Origin: Chitinophagaceae bacterium | GTDB lineage: Bacteria > Bacteroidota > Bacteroidia > Cytophagales > JASGCU01 | Assembly (NCBI GenBank): GCA_030053935.1 | Contig: JASGCU010000006.1 | Location: 1-60,429, forward strand | Length of the DNA: 60,429 bases | Reading direction: 5' to 3' | In this document: in pieces, positions 55,756 through 60,429 of the stretch | Layout: the number at the start of each line of letters is the position of its first letter | How positions within the stretch are numbered: position 1 is the stretch's first letter | Notes under the pieces: model-generated | Told to the model about the DNA's origin: nothing | The model's database searches: none | The model's input: the letters and a program-made list of their open reading frames with translations, nothing else | Translations under genes and position numbers: made by a program

Positions 55756-57678
55756 TTATGTAGTACTATTCTTTATTATTTCTTCTACCACAGCAGGGTC
55801 TATGAGTGTGGAGGTGTCCCCGATATTTGGTATATCCTTTTCTGCTATTTTTCTCAAAATGCGTCTCATTATTTTTCCGCTACGGGTTTTGGGTAATCCC
55901 GAAACGAACTGTATTACATCGGGTTTTGCAATAGCACCTATTACTTTTACGACTGTTGCTCTGATTTGATTTTTGACTTCATCGGGATGAGCAATGGTTT
56001 TATTAAGAATGATATATGCATAAATCCCTTGTCCTTTTATATCGTGAGGGAATCCAACCACGGCACTTTCCACAACTTGTTCGTGCATATTAATAGCATT
56101 CTCTACTTCGGCAGTTCCTATTCTGTGTCCACTTACATTGAGAACGTCGTCCACTCTTCCTGTAATTCTATAATTACCATCTGTGTCTTTGATAGCCCCG
56201 TCTCCTGTGAAATAAAGATTTGGATAGAGGGAAAAATAATTTTTCTTACATCTTTCGTGGTCTCCCCAAGTGGTTCTAATGATAGAGGGCCAAGGGAATT
56301 TGATACAGAGATTTCCGCTGATATTTTCAGAGGTTTGTGTTATTTCTTTTCCATTTTCATCTACAAGAATGGGTTGCACACCTGGGAGAGGGAGTGTTGC
56401 CCATGCGGGTTTTTGAGGGGTTATTCCTGCAATGTTAGATATGAGGATTCCGCCTGTTTCTGTTTGCCACCATGTGTCAATAATTTGACAATTTCCTTTA
56501 CCAATATTTTCAGAATACCAATGCCATGCTTCTTCGTTGATAGGTTCTCCGACGGTTCCCAATATTTTGAGGGTTTTGAGGTTTGCGTCTTTGATAGGTT
56601 CTGTTCCAAAGGTCATAAGTCCGCGTATGGCTGTGGGTGCGGTATAAAAGATGTTGATGCCAAATTTATCTATTATTTTCCAAAATCTACTTGGGTCGGG
56701 ATAGGTAGGTATTCCTTCGAAGAGAACGGTGGTTGCTCCTGCACTCAAAGGTCCATAAATTGTGTAAGAATGCCCTGTTATCCATCCGATATCTGCGGTA
56801 CAAAAGTGTATGTATCCTGATTTATACTGAAAAGCATTTATGAAAGTATAATGAGTATATACCATGTACCCGCCTGCGGCATGGACAACTCCTTTGGGTT
56901 TTCCGGTGCTGCCAGATGTGTACAGAATAAAAAGTGGGTCTTCGGCATCGATTATTTCAGGGGCTAGTTCGGAAGTGCCTGTGGTTTTTATTTTTTCTAT
57001 TTCTTCGTGCCACCAAAGGTCTCTTCCTGCTACAAGATTGATAGGAGTATGGGTTCTTTGAAATATTATAACTTTTTCTACTGTATTATTGTTGAGTAAA
57101 GCATCGTCTATAACTGACTTGAGGGGGATTTCTTTTTGTCCTCTGAAAGCTCCATCGCATGTAATTATATATTTTATATGAGCATCTTGGAGGCGTTCGG
57201 ATATACTTTGAGCAGAAAATCCTCCGAATATAATAGAATGTATCGCACCAATTCTGGCACAGGCGAGCATTGCTATTGCTAATTCGGGTACCATTCCCAT
57301 ATAAATGCACACTCTATCTCCTTTTTTTACTCCTCTGTTTTTCAAAACTTTCCCAAACTGACAAACTTTTTGGTGGAGTTCTGTATAGGTAATGATTTGG
57401 TGGCTTTCACTGGGGTTATTTGGTTCCCATATCAGAGCGGGCTTATCTCCTAACAATGCTAAATGTCTGTCAATACAATTTTCTGTAATGTTGAATTTGG
57501 CACCTGCGAACCATTGTATGTTTGGTTCTGTAAAATTCCAATTCAGAATTGTATCCCATTTTTTTCTCCAAACAAAATGGGTTGCTATTTCTTCCCAAAA
57601 TCCTTCTGGATCTTCTATGCTTTTTTTATAAGCTGTTTGGTATTCTTCAAAAGAATGTATTTGATATGAATAGTTCAT
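55756..57678 (-). CDS. acs: acetyl-CoA synthetase
   Basis: YTSGSTGKPKG, WWQTETGG, YFTGDGA, PKTRSGKIMRR. 640 aa. Confidence 0.95.
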   Translation of the reverse strand: MNYSYQIHSFEEYQTAYKKSIEDPEGFWEEIATHFVWRKKWDTILNWNFTEPNIQWFAGAKFNITENCIDRHLALLGDKPALIWEPNNPSESHQIITYTELHQKVCQFGKVLKNRGVKKGDRVCIYMGMVPELAIAMLACARIGAIHSIIFGGFSAQSISERLQDAHIKYIITCDGAFRGQKEIPLKSVIDDALLNNNTVEKVIIFQRTHTPINLVAGRDLWWHEEIEKIKTTGTSELAPEIIDAEDPLFILYTSGSTGKPKGVVHAAGGYMVYTHYTFINAFQYKSGYIHFCTADIGWITGHSYTIYGPLSAGATTVLFEGIPTYPDPSRFWKIIDKFGINIFYTAPTAIRGLMTFGTEPIKDANLKTLKILGTVGEPINEEAWHWYSENIGKGNCQIIDTWWQTETGGILISNIAGITPQKPAWATLPLPGVQPILVDENGKEITQTSENISGNLCIKFPWPSIIRTTWGDHERCKKNYFSLYPNLYFTGDGAIKDTDGNYRITGRVDDVLNVSGHRIGTAEVENAINMHEQVVESAVVGFPHDIKGQGIYAYIILNKTIAHPDEVKNQIRATVVKVIGAIAKPDVIQFVSGLPKTRSGKIMRRILRKIAEKDIPNIGDTSTLIDPAVVEEIIKNSTT

Positions 57679-57886
57679 TGCTTGATAAGGTTGTACGTGT
57701 TTATTTATTTTTGTAGCTATTGTCTGTAAGAAAGCTCTTATTTTTTAAATGTTAGTAAATTTTTTTGGAATATTTTTTTGTTTCATTTTTTAGGAGGTTC
57801 TTAATAACTTTTAATAAAATATGTAAAAAATTCATTAAAAGACAATTACTCTTGATGTGCCAAGAAATTTGCATAGATATTTTGGT

Positions 57887-58072
57887 TTAGGCAACATGTT
57901 TGTATTTTTTATGTTTTACTAACTGGGATTCTTTTTCTATTCTGATTAATTGATTGCCAATACGATGTAAATTATGGGCTAAAACACTCAATCCTACATA
58001 ACTTTTATAACCCTTTATTCCCTTGTCTTTACAACGATTTAAACCGTGACACTCAAACTGATTTATACTAAT
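57887..58072 (-). pseudogene. C-terminal remnant (~60 codons) of a DDE transposase
   Basis: The minus strand reads ISINQFECHGLNRCKDKGIKGYKSYVGLSVLAHNLHRIGNQLIRIEKESQLVKHKKYKHVA*. The GL.R...KG......V....LAHNL.RI pattern is a common transposase C-terminus. Stop codons lie immediately upstream and no catalytic domain is present. Confidence 0.5.
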
Positions 58073-58421
58073 TTACTTTCATAATGCAGTGACCGTAATA
58101 TTACAAATTACCCAAAGGGACAGGTTTAAAATTAAAAATATATTAAATTGTAATTTTTAATCCAAGGTTAGCATAACTGCATTATTTATTGTTGGTTAGC
58201 ATGTGGAAATTTTCTATTATTTTGTTTTTTTTATATTTTATCAGAACGACTCAGCAAATTATTATATTGTTGCTCAAGTATTTGTTGCATAAATTATATT
58301 TTATAGTGAGTCATTAATGCTTTTTATCTATTATATACAAAAATACAACTATTCATTTATTAAATAATACATTGAATTCTTTTACTAATGAGGGTTTTAG
58401 GAATTTTCTTGCAGATGCTAA

Positions 58422-60429
58422 TTATTTTTTTATTATTTTTTTTGCTTTCAAAACTTCTCCTTTTTCTCCATATACAACCAAAATATATTCTCCTTTGAGC
58501 AATGTTTTCATATCTAACTGTAGGGGCAGGAGATTTTCTACCCTTACATTTACCGATTTACCCTCTATATCATATACTTTCACGTAAGAGACCTTTTGGT
58601 TTTTATCCCATTGAATGGTTATATAATCATTGGTAGGATTGGGGAAGATTTTGATATGATTGTTTTCTACTACAATAGCATTGGGATTGATGATTATATC
58701 TTGAGATACCTGCTCGGGATGATAATTTTCATTGCCGTTCTGAATGGCTATTATTTTAAAAGAAGCAATACTATTCACAATAAATGTGTCTTCTCTATTG
58801 ATTATAGTGGGTTCAGATGGTATCAGTTGAACGGGCAATCCCGAATTAGCAATTGCTTTTATTACTACACGTCTTTCGGAAAATTTATGAAGGTCATTGA
58901 TTATATTTACTTGTATAGTTATGCTTTGGTAAGCTTTTTGAACAACCATAATTTGGGGGGCGGGGTCGCTGGGAATATAATATTCATTTCCCGATTGAAA
59001 GGCAGTAATAATAGACGTTCCCACTTTCTGTATGGTAACAATATCTTGAACAATACTCACAATAGAAGACGAGGATCTGAATGTGAGAGGTAAACCACTC
59101 GTAGCAGTAGCAGCAATGGGGAACGGTTCGTCTCCATAATATTTATAAACGGGACGGAAAGTGATGGTTTGGTTGAGTTTTCCTATATGTTGGAGTATTT
59201 CTATGGTATTATCTTTTCCAATAACGATGGTGATGTAGAGGGTATTTTCTTCATTGGGAAGAAAAAGAGTATCATTGAGGTTCTTCATCTGGGTTCCTGG
59301 AACATCCACCGCTATTCTATAATACCCTGCGGGTAGTTTCGTAAAATAAAACTCTCCATTGGTTCTCGAAATATCTGTTAGCAGAATGCTATCGGCGGTG
59401 GTTTTTAAAAATATATTTGCATACGGATAGCGAACCCCTGCTCCAAAGAAGTTTCCATACAAGATGCGATTTTGATTCTCGGTGCTATCTAAAAGAACGG
59501 TACCTATAATAGTTCCGTTGCCTGTTCCTATAGTGGTCTTTGGTTTTTTTCGGAAGTGCCAATTAAAATCACTACGATTGGACTGGAGTGTAATAATATC
59601 AGCATCTTTCCATACTATGGCTTGTTTGGAACCGTAATAGGTAGGATAGTAGCTTGTTGCAGAGGATCCTTTGGGATATGCCTGCAAGTAAAAAGTCCAT
59701 TCCGAAGGAACATTTCTGAACGAAAAATACCCATTGGAAAGCTCCGCTCTTCGGGTTTTTCTGAGGGTGGGGTTGGTCAATATCACAAATCCCGGAACTA
59801 TTTCATTTTCTGCTCCTAAAACCCTACCGCTTATATGATAAGCAATTTTTACTCGGATGGTTTTTGTGAAGACTGCGGGATTTACCTTTACTTCTCTACT
59901 TAAAAACGCTTCTGTATATGCTTTTATTTCAAAAACTCCTGTATCTAAAAAGGTAATTTTTTGAGAATTTTTATCAAAATATGCAATGTTTTGGCTTGCT
60001 CCATTTCTATTATTTACAATTTCAAAAGAAACGGAAATATTTTTGGAGCTTGTTGCCTCTAAAAGAGCCGTATCGTCTACATATTGAATTTCTTCAAGAG
60101 GAAAAGTTATAGTATTTTCTACAGCGGTTCTGTCTTTTATGGTGAGTAGACGGGTTTCGGGATTACTTGCATAATAGTAATTTTCTACTGCGGGCTGAGA
60201 GGCAGTGATGCTCACATTTCCAAAGGTATGGAGGACAACAGTATTCCCCGTAATAGATGCAATATTGGGATCGGAAGAAGCATACAATATGGGTAGAGTA
60301 TTCGTAGAAGTGGCATTCAAGACATAAGTTCCCTCGTGTACATAGACAATCGGGATTTCGGGGAAAGTAACCACTTGAGCTGCGGGAGATATAAGAACCG
60401 TCTGCGTTTGGGATACTCCGAGATATTGA
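58422..60429 (-). CDS. T9SS-secreted Ig-repeat / CarboxypepD_reg-like protein (5' end outside window)
   Basis: The frame stays open to the window edge: the track start at 60374 is a GTG and upstream codons read ...QTQTVLISPAAQ. Ig-like repeats match those of the 1689-aa protein (LNQTITFRPVYKYYGDEPFPIAATATSGLPLTF...). Two carboxypeptidase-regulatory-like segments (ISGRVLG..., IIGTVLL...GEFYFTKLPAGYYRIAV). C-terminal IKIFPNPTNDYITIQ...GEYILVVYGEKG. Confidence 0.8.
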   Translation of the reverse strand, partial: QYLGVSQTQTVLISPAAQVVTFPEIPIVYVHEGTYVLNATSTNTLPILYASSDPNIASITGNTVVLHTFGNVSITASQPAVENYYYASNPETRLLTIKDRTAVENTITFPLEEIQYVDDTALLEATSSKNISVSFEIVNNRNGASQNIAYFDKNSQKITFLDTGVFEIKAYTEAFLSREVKVNPAVFTKTIRVKIAYHISGRVLGAENEIVPGFVILTNPTLRKTRRAELSNGYFSFRNVPSEWTFYLQAYPKGSSATSYYPTYYGSKQAIVWKDADIITLQSNRSDFNWHFRKKPKTTIGTGNGTIIGTVLLDSTENQNRILYGNFFGAGVRYPYANIFLKTTADSILLTDISRTNGEFYFTKLPAGYYRIAVDVPGTQMKNLNDTLFLPNEENTLYITIVIGKDNTIEILQHIGKLNQTITFRPVYKYYGDEPFPIAATATSGLPLTFRSSSSIVSIVQDIVTIQKVGTSIITAFQSGNEYYIPSDPAPQIMVVQKAYQSITIQVNIINDLHKFSERRVVIKAIANSGLPVQLIPSEPTIINREDTFIVNSIASFKIIAIQNGNENYHPEQVSQDIIINPNAIVVENNHIKIFPNPTNDYITIQWDKNQKVSYVKVYDIEGKSVNVRVENLLPLQLDMKTLLKGEYILVVYGEKGEVLKAKKIIKK

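Overview
AT-rich chromosomal segment from a Bacteroidota-type bacterium. Supporting markers are two T9SS-type C-terminal sorting domains, a GldJ-like lipoprotein, a DUF58/BatA operon, a short GT5-DUF4270-panC arrangement and a GH3-family gene. About 45 protein genes are credible, mostly housekeeping: icd, an E2 acyltransferase, atpB-E-F-H, lepA, DPP-IV, acs, aroA, aroQ, mraY, panC, an ispD fusion and a transsulfuration enzyme. There are also envelope and secreted proteins: an Omp85-family protein, a TonB-dependent receptor, a 1689-aa FG-GAP/Ig-repeat T9SS protein and a second, partial T9SS protein. Three tRNAs are present: Arg-CCU, Arg-UCG and Phe-GAA. No CRISPR array, rRNA, prophage or recognisable defence system was seen. 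The most distinctive property lies between the genes. Almost every long intergenic gap carries short repeat families: a 4-copy MITE-like family with GGGTTCTAAAAATT inverted ends, a ~100-120 bp family with GAGTCC..GGACTC-type ends in 6 copies (one caught as a filled site against an empty paralogous site), and a ~150 bp duplicated leader-like repeat. The gaps also hold decayed IS material: an IS4-like pseudogene with both ends, a solo IS end and three small transposase remnants. Conserved operons look broken or rearranged: atp stops after atpH, Bat lacks moxR and batB-E, and mraY lies outside a dcw cluster. Other noteworthy items are an in-frame IspD-DUF1599 fusion, a tandem-repeat coiled-coil gene inserted between atpE and atpF, an A15 tract inside the Omp85-family gene, and a tRNA-Arg(CCU) with two U-U mismatches in its acceptor stem. 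All functional calls come from reading motifs by eye; no database search was run.
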